Source of the DNA: Bacilli bacterium
GTDB lineage: Bacteria; Bacillota_I; Bacilli_A; RF39; UBA660
Direction: 5' to 3'
Assembly: GCA_017434825.1 (NCBI GenBank)
Contig: JAFSGC010000005.1
Location: forward strand, 3 to 64,002
DNA: 64,000 nucleotides
The first letter of the stretch is position 1; each line of letters begins with the position of its first letter. Shown here piece by piece: positions 50,941 to 60,514 of this stretch. Made by a program: the position numbers and the translations under genes. The notes below the pieces were generated by a model. That model saw only the letters and a program-made list of their open reading frames with translations. It had not been told where the DNA came from and did no database searches.

Positions 50941-51813
50941 ATGAATAAAAAATACATTAAATTCATTTTGATATCATTTAGCTTTTTACTTATATATTTA
51001 GCTTTTATAAACGCCAATCTTGTTGGTTCGTCTATCCAGCAAAGTTTAAAACTGTTTACTAGTAAAGTATTTCCATTTTTATTTATCATGATGGTAATAA
51101 ATAATTTTTTAATAGGTATGAATTTACCTTATTATATCTATAAAATTTTTCCTAATATATACATCTACATTTTTATTTTCTCTGCGTTATCTGGTAGCCC
51201 AATAAATGCAATTATAATAAATAAATTACTCGAGGAAGCCGAACTAAATGAAACACAAGCAAGCTACGCCCTTTGTTTTTCTACATTAAATAATCCATTA
51301 TTTTTATATAACTATTTTAATATTCTTTTCAACAATAACAATCTAATCATAAAGTTATTTATAATAATATATGTCTCAAATATTTTAATTCTATTATATA
51401 CGATTATAAGACACCCAATTAATAAAAGTTTAATACTGCAAAATAAAGAATGCTCTCCAGCAAAAGAATTGGTAGCAGCAATAAAAAATAGCACTTTAAA
51501 TTTAATTACAATTTTTACTACGATTGCCTTTTTTAAACTAATTACTGACTTATTGCTTCCGTCAAATAATATCCTATCAGTAATTATTAAAGGATTAACA
51601 GAAATAACTCAAGGATTAAATTCTATATGCATTTTAAATGTTTCTATCAAAACAAAAGAATTACTTACACTAGTAATTCTTTCATTCGCAGGATTTTCTA
51701 TTCATATCCAAATTTCTAGCATTCTAGAAAAGTATAATATTAATTATAAATACTTTTATTTATCAAGATTGTTTTTGATGATTATATCAATAATAATTAT
51801 ATGTCTATCATAA
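50941..51813 (+). CDS. ylbJ: Sporulation integral membrane protein YlbJ-like
   Basis: VFPFLF, LSGSP, NPLFL, EITQG and FAGFSIHIQ motifs; synteny with ylbL. Confidence 0.8.
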   Translation: MNKKYIKFILISFSFLLIYLAFINANLVGSSIQQSLKLFTSKVFPFLFIMMVINNFLIGMNLPYYIYKIFPNIYIYIFIFSALSGSPINAIIINKLLEEAELNETQASYALCFSTLNNPLFLYNYFNILFNNNNLIIKLFIIIYVSNILILLYTIIRHPINKSLILQNKECSPAKELVAAIKNSTLNLITIFTTIAFFKLITDLLLPSNNILSVIIKGLTEITQGLNSICILNVSIKTKELLTLVILSFAGFSIHIQISSILEKYNINYKYFYLSRLFLMIISIIIICLS

Positions 51814-52369
51814 AAGAAAATTCAATATCATCAATAGTATTATTGTTATCGATTATTTTATTTGCGTCCGAATCATAATAATCGGTATTTTTAGTGTTCT
51901 CAGTATAAACTTTAATTTTACATTCAACTAAACGTTTATTAAATGCAGCGTTCTCAACAGAACTGCATTTCAATCTTTCTTCTTTTATATCAGAAAATTT
52001 ACCACCTTTTAATTGCCATTCGTACAGAGTCGACTCAGCTTTAATTATTTTTAAAATGCCGCTTGCTTTAATAGCTTGAATTTCTATTGTAGATGATGGC
52101 GTTGATCCGATTAAAGTCAATTTAGAAAGTGTATCTTCATTAACCGGACTGTATCCAATGATGCTATCAATATTATCATCAATTGTCTTTTCAATTTTGT
52201 GAATCATTTCAATACGTTGTTCTTGGTTTTGGGATGCAAAATATTCATTGTCCTTTTGAAAAGTTATATCTGCGAGCATTCGATACATAAATAGCATAAC
52301 AACAGATATTAAAGCAACACTTACTAACAATTCGGTAATAGTTAAACCTTTATTATTCAGCTTTTTCAT
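51797..52369 (-). CDS. Type IV pilin-like protein (prepilin signal)
   Basis: MKKLNNKG|LTITELLVSVALI. Confidence 0.8.
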   Translation of the reverse strand: MKKLNNKGLTITELLVSVALISVVMLFMYRMLADITFQKDNEYFASQNQEQRIEMIHKIEKTIDDNIDSIIGYSPVNEDTLSKLTLIGSTPSSTIEIQAIKASGILKIIKAESTLYEWQLKGGKFSDIKEERLKCSSVENAAFNKRLVECKIKVYTENTKNTDYYDSDANKIIDNNNTIDDIEFSFMIDI

Positions 52370-52387
52370 TCTTGTTCACCCCCATGA

Positions 52388-53263
52388 TTAACTTCCCGCA
52401 ATAATATTATAAGGATTAGTAGATGTTCCTGTACCACCAGAAACCTTTACATTATCCTTCAAATAAAGAACCGGACGATATGCAAGCGCACTCGTACAAG
52501 GCACAGTGTCAGTTACGGAACCATCGGCATTAATACTATAGACTTTATTTGTAGTACCGCTAGCAGCCTTAACCATAGTCCATTCGTTATAACCGCCAAG
52601 CCAATTGTATGGCCTACAACTTTGAACTGCAGACAACGTTTGTGTACAACTACTACTTGGAGCAGCATATAAGTAATCATCAGTATGCATTAAACCTACT
52701 GGTTTCGAAACCACGAATGATCCTTGATATCTATGATTAGTATCAACAACTAACTCTTTATACGGAGAGGTAAAACCATTGTACACTGCTGTCAGCATGG
52801 TACTCATGTGGGTATCAGTCCAAGAATTAAACGAAGAAACATTAATACGACTTTCCGGATTGGATTCTGCACTAATAATCTTAACTAAATATTGGGCAGT
52901 TCCAGGAACATTCAATATTCCTATTATTCGCCACAATTTTCCATTAAAATTTATATAATTATTAGGGTTTGTCCCTTGATAACGATACTCACTTCCATTT
53001 TGTGCAATCCAATAAATATAACTTGTATCATTAATTCCTCCGTATTCAAATTCTGTTTGAATTTTCTTTATTAGCGTAGGATAACTGTCAACAATATCAT
53101 CACCTTTTCCAGATATCTGCTGTTTAATATCCGTTTTATATATGTTGTACACATACCGGTTATTTACATATGTCGACATCATTAAAGTAAGTAGTAATAA
53201 AAACACTATAAAAAAGGAATAAATTACTGATATTGAGATAAAACCATTCTTTTTCTTCATCAT
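52388..53263 (-). CDS. Minor pilin-like protein lacking E5, with a DUF6273-like C-terminal domain
   Basis: KKKNG|FISISVIYSFF; YQGTNPNNYINFNGKLWRIIG; YRPVLYLK...GGTGTSTNPY; ATGA overlap with the upstream gene. Confidence 0.75.
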   Translation of the reverse strand: MMKKKNGFISISVIYSFFIVFLLLLTLMMSTYVNNRYVYNIYKTDIKQQISGKGDDIVDSYPTLIKKIQTEFEYGGINDTSYIYWIAQNGSEYRYQGTNPNNYINFNGKLWRIIGILNVPGTAQYLVKIISAESNPESRINVSSFNSWTDTHMSTMLTAVYNGFTSPYKELVVDTNHRYQGSFVVSKPVGLMHTDDYLYAAPSSSCTQTLSAVQSCRPYNWLGGYNEWTMVKAASGTTNKVYSINADGSVTDTVPCTSALAYRPVLYLKDNVKVSGGTGTSTNPYNIIAGS

Positions 53264-53994
53264 AAATACACCCACGAAATATAGTACGCATTTTGACAAG
53301 CCATATCAAAATTTACCTTATCATTAGCATCATATTTTTCAAATTTCTTATTAATATCAGATAAACCTGCTACCCCATTATAATGTTCATCTACCTTCTT
53401 GTAAATACATTCTGAATATTTACCTCTACCTACTGAAACAACATTATTTGAGTCAACTAAAGCATCTCCATTTTTAGCTTCATAAAATAAAGCGACTAAT
53501 ATTCCATCATGGCTATGCCCACTATCAGGAACATCCAAAGTCGTTAAATAATAAGTAAGTTGACTATATCCATAATCATTTATATGAGTTTTGGTTCTAT
53601 CACACATTCCAGCATCTTCTGGATTATTATTTAAACATTTCTTTAAAGGAACAATATCTTCGTTTCTAATATACACTAATTGAGAAAATTTATATAATTC
53701 ACTCGCGTCCATAATAAGCGAACTATCAGAATAAATATCAGTTAAAATATTAAAAATAAAAACATATTTATCATTTGCATCTACCGCTTTATCAAATTTG
53801 ACTGTATCTATTGATAACTTTAATACATCCGCAATATGTTTGGTTTTATAGATATACGAAATATCATCATGATATAATCTATTTTGTTCATTAATTATAA
53901 CTTTGCTAAATGCCGAATACAACAAAAGAAGTGTAGCCATTACAACTACAACAGTAATTATTGTCTCAATAAATATAAAACCCTTTTTGTTCAT
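53260..53994 (-). CDS. Type IV pilin-like protein (prepilin signal)
   Basis: MNKKG|FIFIETIITVVVV. Confidence 0.8.
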   Translation of the reverse strand: MNKKGFIFIETIITVVVVMATLLLLYSAFSKVIINEQNRLYHDDISYIYKTKHIADVLKLSIDTVKFDKAVDANDKYVFIFNILTDIYSDSSLIMDASELYKFSQLVYIRNEDIVPLKKCLNNNPEDAGMCDRTKTHINDYGYSQLTYYLTTLDVPDSGHSHDGILVALFYEAKNGDALVDSNNVVSVGRGKYSECIYKKVDEHYNGVAGLSDINKKFEKYDANDKVNFDMACQNAYYISWVYL

Positions 53995-54124
53995 ATTCTT
54001 CTACCCTATATAAAATTATAGCAAACATTTTATCTTTTTTAAATAAAAATGCAAAAAATCAAGATTATTATTCTTGATTTAACTTTATTTTAATTATCTT
54101 CATAAAATACAATAGGTGATTACT

Positions 54125-54298
54125 ATGCGACCATGTCGGCCAACTTTTAGTGTGATTTTAATTTTTATCCTTGGAATTTTAATATTTTATCAATTATTAA
54201 TTACGTTTATCTTACCATTTCGTTTTAATGTTTTTGTTCTGATTGTAGAAATATGCTTATTATTCTTTTTGCTCGCCCGAATAATATGGCCCTATTAA
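54125..54298 (+). CDS. Small 2-TM membrane protein
   Basis: RBS AGGTGA, two hydrophobic helices; 3' end overlaps ysxE by 39 bp. Confidence 0.5.
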   Translation: MRPCRPTFSVILIFILGILIFYQLLITFILPFRFNVFVLIVEICLLFFLLARIIWPY

Positions 54299-55153
54299 CT
54301 TTTCCGTAATATGAATGTAACTAACATTTTCTTTAACAACCTTGGTATTTAAAAATTCTTTTTCTTGAAATTCAAAATATAACGGTAAGCTAATTAATAT
54401 GAATAAAAGTTTCCGCTCATAATCTAACAACTCGAAAGTATTAAAGTATTTTTCCATAAATGGAGTAAAATCCAAATTCAAATACTCAGTATGATATAAA
54501 TGAATAAAATCGATTATAGGGGTATCTGTTTTATAAGCATCCCAACTAATTAAGGCAGTTTTATCTCTAGTTTCAATGAAATGATCAAGCGACAAGTTGT
54601 TATGTACTATAGCTACTCTAGCCTGGTCCTTTTCTTTAACAAGATCGTACCATAAATCTAATTCTTCTTTGCAAAAATTTAAACACTCTCGAAATTTGTA
54701 ATAATTTCTTGAAAATAAGTATTTTCCGGGACTTAAATACTCTTCCTTACACGTACTTAAAAAAAGAGATTCATAATAGTTACTCAAATAACTTATGTTA
54801 TTCCCTATCGATTCATAAATCTCTTTATAATCGTCTATAGATACTTTTTTGTAGTAAACCGTTTTATTATGAAGTGAAGCTAATAACTCTGCGAGATCAA
54901 TTAACTTTTGTTCTTTAGGAATATTCTCTTCCTCAAGATATTCAAAAACATTTTCTTCATTACGATAATTTTTTATTATTTCCGGATAATTATTAAATCC
55001 ACGATTTTCCAAATAATTAAATAACGAAAACAAATCTTTTTGCTGTTTTTTTACAACAAACTTCCCAGATGTACTTTCGACGATTGTCACATTCTTATTT
55101 AATGTATACCGATATGGTTTATAAACACTTTTTAATATTTCTAAACTACTCAT
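54260..55153 (-). CDS. ysxE: Spore coat protein YsxE/CotS-like (kinase-like fold)
   Basis: LASLHNKT, VHNNLSLDHF and LISWD motifs; follows the spoVID-like gene as in Bacillus. Confidence 0.75.
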   Translation of the reverse strand: MSSLEILKSVYKPYRYTLNKNVTIVESTSGKFVVKKQQKDLFSLFNYLENRGFNNYPEIIKNYRNEENVFEYLEEENIPKEQKLIDLAELLASLHNKTVYYKKVSIDDYKEIYESIGNNISYLSNYYESLFLSTCKEEYLSPGKYLFSRNYYKFRECLNFCKEELDLWYDLVKEKDQARVAIVHNNLSLDHFIETRDKTALISWDAYKTDTPIIDFIHLYHTEYLNLDFTPFMEKYFNTFELLDYERKLLFILISLPLYFEFQEKEFLNTKVVKENVSYIHITEKLIGPYYSGEQKE

Positions 55154-55847
55154 TGATAATTGGAATAATTAACTTCATGTCTTTAGCCAAATTAGATACA
55201 TCATTAATTTTTTCAATATCATCTTTTGTTACCTTGTATTGTAATGCAATTGTTTCAATTGTTTCATTTTCTTTTACTACATGAATATGATATGTCATAT
55301 AGTCATTTTCAGTCTCTAAAGCAGACACCATCTCTGGAGCAATTACCTCGGTAATTTCGTCTCTATCATCTTCGATTATTTCAGGATTAGAAATTACTTC
55401 TTGAATTACTTCTACTGGGGCTTCAATAATTCTATCTTCAGGATCACTAATAACCACAATTGGGTTAGTATCCTCAATTAAATCCAAAGGGTCTTCTTCA
55501 ATTACTTCTTCCTCAATAATCTCTTCTCGAACATCATCCGCAGTTACAATATAATCAATTTTAACAACCATTTCTGATTCATCCATATCATATGTAAAAT
55601 TATCAATACTAAATTCTAAAGAATCATTTTCAATTCTTGTAGTTAGCTCAACATTAAAAGGTATTGTAAATTTAAAATCTGAAGTGTTTACACTAAGTTC
55701 ATGTTCTTTATATGTTCCACTTACTATAAAATTACCAAGAATTTCCGAATCATTTTTCGTAATTTCATGCTCTAATGAAATGCTACATATTTCTTTAACT
55801 GTTCCAGGAAACTTCACTTTGCTTTCAAATGGTATTATACAGTTCAT
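55146..55847 (-). CDS. spoVID: SpoVID-like coat morphogenetic protein with C-terminal LysM
   Basis: EICSISLE N-terminal domain, Glu-rich linker, HVVKENETIETIALQY LysM; RBS AGGAG. Confidence 0.75.
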   Translation of the reverse strand: MNCIIPFESKVKFPGTVKEICSISLEHEITKNDSEILGNFIVSGTYKEHELSVNTSDFKFTIPFNVELTTRIENDSLEFSIDNFTYDMDESEMVVKIDYIVTADDVREEIIEEEVIEEDPLDLIEDTNPIVVISDPEDRIIEAPVEVIQEVISNPEIIEDDRDEITEVIAPEMVSALETENDYMTYHIHVVKENETIETIALQYKVTKDDIEKINDVSNLAKDMKLIIPIINE

Positions 55848-55909
55848 CTTATCATCTCCTACAAAAAGATATGCATAAAAAAAGAGATTATTCATTTATT
55901 AATCTCTTT

Positions 55910-56359
55910 TTATTTTCCGTTTTCTTTAGAATCAATAATAATTGTAACTGGTCCATCATTTAAAATATTCACTTTCATATCCGCTCCAAATTTACCAGTT
56001 ACACATGGTACATGTTCCCTTAATTTTTCGTTAAACTCATCATATAAAATTGTTGACTCATCACCTTTTAATGCTTTTAAGTAAGAAGGACGATTGCCTT
56101 TTACGGTGTCAGCATATAAAGTAAATTGTGATATGGATAGTATGCTTCCACCAACATCTAGTACCGACTTATTCATAACGCCGTTTTCGTCATCAAAAAT
56201 TCTTAAATTAACAATTTTTCTTACAATGTAATCGATATCTGATGATGTATCTCCTTGAGTAAAACAAGAAAAAACTACTAAGCCACTTTCTATTTCATTA
56301 TAAACAGCCCCGTCAATAGAAACATTACTCTTACCACTTCTTTGTATTAATACTTTCAT
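55910..56359 (-). CDS. dtd: D-aminoacyl-tRNA deacylase
   Basis: SQFTLY, KGNRPSY, GKFGADM and NDGPVT motifs. Confidence 0.97.
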   Translation of the reverse strand: MKVLIQRSGKSNVSIDGAVYNEIESGLVVFSCFTQGDTSSDIDYIVRKIVNLRIFDDENGVMNKSVLDVGGSILSISQFTLYADTVKGNRPSYLKALKGDESTILYDEFNEKLREHVPCVTGKFGADMKVNILNDGPVTIIIDSKENGK

Positions 56360-58464
56360 TTTCTTCTTACATCCTTTACATATCTAAGCTTACGCATATT
56401 CTTAATTACATTATCAATATCCTCAGTATTTTTTACTTTCAAATCTATTCGATAAGTATTTTCTTTTTGTGTATCAATTGTAACTATATTTAAATTTTCT
56501 GTGGTAATAACTGCAATTAAGTCAGATAACGGATTCTTATCACTAGATACTTTTACAATAAGACTAGTAAAGTATTGATTATCACTCTTGCCAGACCAAG
56601 AAACATCAACCATTCTATCACTATACATCGATACATTAGGACAATCCTTTCGATGGATAGCAATTCCCGCTCCCTTTGTGATAAACCCAACTATTTCATC
56701 ATTTTTAACTGGATGACAGCATTTTGCCAAATGAGTTAGTATTGATACCTTATTGTCTACTAAAATGTCAGATTTGTGATTAAAATTAACATTAGAGGTT
56801 CTCTTAATTACTAACGAATCTTCTGCTTCTTCACTACCAGTAACATAATTAATAATAAAATTAGCAGTGTATCTGAATGAACCAATTGAAACATAGATAT
56901 CTTCAAGATCTTTAAGTTTTAATCCATTACATATCTCCTCAATGTTTTCATTAGATAGAATTTCATTTATTGATAATTTTCTTTTTCTTAATTCTTTTTC
57001 TAAAATACTCTTACCCTTAGCAATATATTCTTCTTTATCAATCTTAGAAAAATAAGCTTTAATTTTATTTTTTGCTTGGCTAGTTTTAACTATATTTAGC
57101 CAATCTTTATTTGGCTTTGCATTTGGATTAGTCATTACTTTAACAATGTCATTTTCTTTTAAAACACTATTAATCGGAACCATTTGATCATTAACAATAG
57201 CACCTACCATAGTATCTCCTACTTTTGAATGAATACGATATGCAAAGTCTATTGGAGTAGAGCCTTTAGGAAGTTCTACAACATCTCCCTTTGGTGTAAA
57301 TACATAAATCAAATCACTTAAAATATCACTATCGATTACCGATGCAAACTCTGTATCTGCACTATTTTCAGTATTTTCAATTATACTACGATATAACTCT
57401 AGCTTTTGTTCCATCATAGTTTGAATCTTTTTAGCACCTTTTTCTTTATAAGACCAGTGCGAAGCAATACCCTTTTCAGCAATTTCATCCATTTCATAAG
57501 TTCTTATTTGGACTTCATAAAGCATTCCGCCTTCGCCAAAAACAGTCGTATGTAACGATTGATACATATTCTCTTTTGGAACAGCAATATAATCCTTGAA
57601 ACGATTTTGCATAGGACGATATTTTGAATGGATAATTCCAATTACAGCATAGCAATCACTTTCTTTTTCTACAAAAATACGTAACGCTAAAATATCATAA
57701 ATGTTTTCCCATTTTTTTCCATTGCTTAACTTATTATAAATACTATATACGCTCTTAACTCGACCTTTAATTTCAAATTTAATGTTATTATCAATTAAAA
57801 GATGAGAAAGACTTTCCTTCATTTCTTGTAATGATTCATTTAAACCTTCGACAGTATCGTTTAACTTTTCTAAAATGTCATTATATACTTCAGGTTTCAA
57901 ATAATATAAACATAAGTTTTCTAATTCACTTTTTATAGAGTTAATACCTAATCTGTGAGCTATTGGAACTAAAACAGATAAAGTCTCATTAGCTACCTTC
58001 TTTTGGTGTTCTTTTGATAGACACTCCATAGTTCTCATATTATGCAAACGATCAGCAAGTTTAATAAATAACACCCTTACATCTTCACATAATCCAACCA
58101 TAACCTTACGTAAATATATGGCTCCATTTTCACTTTGATCTACCATTTCCAAACGATTAATTTTAGCAACAGATTTAATAATGGTATAGACATCATCGCC
58201 AAACTCCTGAAGAATCATCTCAGTATCATAATCATCTTTATCAGCACCTTCATGTAACAAGGCACTAACTATTGTAGTTGTGTCTACATTTAAATCTAAA
58301 AGAATATTGGCAACTTCCAAACAATGGCTGATTTCTGGATCCCCATTTTTTCTTACACGATCTTTTAATGTCTCAGCAGCTAATTCATACGCTTTTTTAA
58401 TAACCGGAATATCATCAGGATTCTTAATTTTTAATAATAATTTTTCTATAGTAATAGTAAACAC
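56356..58464 (-). CDS. relA: Long RelA/SpoT homolog (Rel)
   Basis: IKLADRLHNMRT, GRVKSVYSI, YQSLHT, EVQIRT and TGS (FTPKG...DFAYRIH) motifs, C-terminal ACT region. Confidence 0.96.
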   Translation of the reverse strand: MFTITIEKLLLKIKNPDDIPVIKKAYELAAETLKDRVRKNGDPEISHCLEVANILLDLNVDTTTIVSALLHEGADKDDYDTEMILQEFGDDVYTIIKSVAKINRLEMVDQSENGAIYLRKVMVGLCEDVRVLFIKLADRLHNMRTMECLSKEHQKKVANETLSVLVPIAHRLGINSIKSELENLCLYYLKPEVYNDILEKLNDTVEGLNESLQEMKESLSHLLIDNNIKFEIKGRVKSVYSIYNKLSNGKKWENIYDILALRIFVEKESDCYAVIGIIHSKYRPMQNRFKDYIAVPKENMYQSLHTTVFGEGGMLYEVQIRTYEMDEIAEKGIASHWSYKEKGAKKIQTMMEQKLELYRSIIENTENSADTEFASVIDSDILSDLIYVFTPKGDVVELPKGSTPIDFAYRIHSKVGDTMVGAIVNDQMVPINSVLKENDIVKVMTNPNAKPNKDWLNIVKTSQAKNKIKAYFSKIDKEEYIAKGKSILEKELRKRKLSINEILSNENIEEICNGLKLKDLEDIYVSIGSFRYTANFIINYVTGSEEAEDSLVIKRTSNVNFNHKSDILVDNKVSILTHLAKCCHPVKNDEIVGFITKGAGIAIHRKDCPNVSMYSDRMVDVSWSGKSDNQYFTSLIVKVSSDKNPLSDLIAVITTENLNIVTIDTQKENTYRIDLKVKNTEDIDNVIKNMRKLRYVKDVRRK

Positions 58465-58469
58465 ATCCT

Positions 58470-58709
58470 TTATTTTGTTTTATTTATAAAATTCTTTAAC
58501 TTTAATTCATCAACATTCATAATATCATTAACCATATCATAGATACTAAGACTCGTATTATTGGACCAAACATTTTCTTTAAGAAAATTCCATAGATCAA
58601 TTTCTCTAACGTCAATACCTCGATACTTTAGTTCTCCTTTTTTAGTATTAAAAGCAGGATATAATCTTGTATATAATTCATTTAATGATTTAAATTTAAT
58701 TTCTTCCAT
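58470..58709 (-). CDS. Post-transcriptional regulator, ComN/YrzD-like
   Basis: PAFNTKKGEL...DLWNFL...W...MVNDIM pattern; divergent from spoVB as in Bacillus. Confidence 0.75.
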   Translation of the reverse strand: MEEIKFKSLNELYTRLYPAFNTKKGELKYRGIDVREIDLWNFLKENVWSNNTSLSIYDMVNDIMNVDELKLKNFINKTK

Positions 58710-58824
58710 AATAAAAATTTATCTTTCTTTCCATAAATATTATACTAAATTGAAGCATTTTATTCAACTTCAGCAATCTAAATTTATTAATAATTATTTA
58801 TTAAATTTAATATTATTTATTACA

Positions 58825-60132
58825 ATGAAAATTTTCAAAAATAAATTTATTACATCAACTTTTATCCTAATTCTAAGTGGTATGGCAACTAAAGTATTGG
58901 GATTAATTATAAAAATAATCTTTACAAGAATTGTTGGTACCACAACAATAAGCTTATATACAATTGTTATGCCCACTTATTCTTTATTACTAACTATAAG
59001 CACTATGGCGATGCCAACAACAATTTCCAAATTAATATCGCAGAAAAATGATCCTAAAGTATTAAATAGTGCCACAATACTAATACTTTTACTTAACGCA
59101 GTTCTAATTATCGCAATGTTTATTTTAAGTCCATTTATAGCTAACAATTTATTAAAAGAACCCGATGCCTACCCTTTACTAATCGCAATGTCTTTGACAC
59201 TACCATTTGCTTCTCTAGCTTGTATTTTAAAAGGATATTATTACGGAAAACAAAAAATGATTCCTCATGTTGTTTCTAATACAGTTGAACAAATCATTAG
59301 ACTAACATTAGTTATCACCGTTATGCCTATTTTAATCAAGAAATCTTACGTACACGCAGCTACCGGATTAATTTTTACTTCTTTTTTTACAGAGCTTGCA
59401 TCAATAATTGTATTCTTACTATTTATGAATAAGAAAGATGCTATTAATCTTGCCAAAATCAAGTATAACTCAAACGACGCCAAAGACATCCTTTCCCTAT
59501 CTGTCCCAAGTGTTGCAAGTAGAATCGTCGGAAATATTTGCTATTTCTTTGAACCAATCATTTTAACAAATGTCCTTTTGCATTCAGGCTACTCCGGAAG
59601 TTATATATTAACTCAATATGGAGCGTATAACGCTTATGCAATATCTACGTTAACTATCCCTTCTTTTTTTGTTACTGCTATCGCTTCAGCGCTCATTCCC
59701 GAAGTTTCCAAATACATCGAAACAAAAGATTATTTACTAGTGAAAAAAAGACTTAAACAAGCCTTTATTTTTACATTTTTAATTGGTTTATCTTTCACTT
59801 TTATAATATTTGTCTTTAGAAATAATCTACTATCATTTTTGTATAACACAACACTAGGTTCGGATTATATTCGTATTTTAGCCCCGTTTTTTATTCTGTT
59901 TTATTTTGAGGCAGTATTTGCATCTTTTATGCAGGCAATTGGAAAAGCAAACATCACTCTTAAAATTACAATTATAGGATCTATTATAAAGCTTCTTTGT
60001 ATCGCAGGACTATCTCTATTAAAAATCGGACTGTATTCATTAGTCATCGCAGAAATATTAAACATTATTTTAGTAGTATTCTTAAATTATTTATATATGA
60101 AATTATTTTTTATAAATCTTAATGACAAATAA
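58825..60132 (+). CDS. spoVB: SpoVB-like MOP-family flippase
   Basis: STFILILSGMATKVLG, PTTISKLIS, LKGYYYG, VEQIIR and ALIPEVS motifs; probable start ATG 58825. Confidence 0.82.
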   Translation: MKIFKNKFITSTFILILSGMATKVLGLIIKIIFTRIVGTTTISLYTIVMPTYSLLLTISTMAMPTTISKLISQKNDPKVLNSATILILLLNAVLIIAMFILSPFIANNLLKEPDAYPLLIAMSLTLPFASLACILKGYYYGKQKMIPHVVSNTVEQIIRLTLVITVMPILIKKSYVHAATGLIFTSFFTELASIIVFLLFMNKKDAINLAKIKYNSNDAKDILSLSVPSVASRIVGNICYFFEPIILTNVLLHSGYSGSYILTQYGAYNAYAISTLTIPSFFVTAIASALIPEVSKYIETKDYLLVKKRLKQAFIFTFLIGLSFTFIIFVFRNNLLSFLYNTTLGSDYIRILAPFFILFYFEAVFASFMQAIGKANITLKITIIGSIIKLLCIAGLSLLKIGLYSLVIAEILNIILVVFLNYLYMKLFFINLNDK

Positions 60133-60477
60133 ATCTTTACAAGACTCATTTTTATCATAAATAGTATTATTAATTATTGGTATCATATGATAATAATCTT
60201 TTTTGTCATAACAAAATACAATATGTGAACCATTATCTAAATTTAAATCTTTGACAAGCATATCATAACCATAAGATATTGGCATAATTTTATGATTTAA
60301 CATATAAGTTTCAAAAACATCAATATCATTATACGAATCTTTTTGCAAACTAAATTGTATATCACACAATTCTTTAAATACATCATCATATTCTTTATTA
60401 AGTAATTTACAAAAACTTCTTACAACACAATTACTTTTACCTTCATAATTAGAAATATTAAACTGACAAAACTGCAT
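60103..60477 (-). CDS. Hypothetical protein with a possible papain-like Cys-His-Asp motif
   Basis: N...NCVVRS...H.I.I....IYD; RBS GAAAGG. Confidence 0.65.
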   Translation of the reverse strand: MQFCQFNISNYEGKSNCVVRSFCKLLNKEYDDVFKELCDIQFSLQKDSYNDIDVFETYMLNHKIMPISYGYDMLVKDLNLDNGSHIVFCYDKKDYYHMIPIINNTIYDKNESCKDLFVIKIYKK

Positions 60478-60514
60478 AAAAATCCTTTCTATCGTTAGAT
60501 CATAGAGCTATTAT

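Noticed and set aside
58561-58824. N-terminal extension of spoVB in the ORF track
   Set aside because: It overlaps the comN-like gene on the opposite strand, and family-like sequence starts at ATG 58825.
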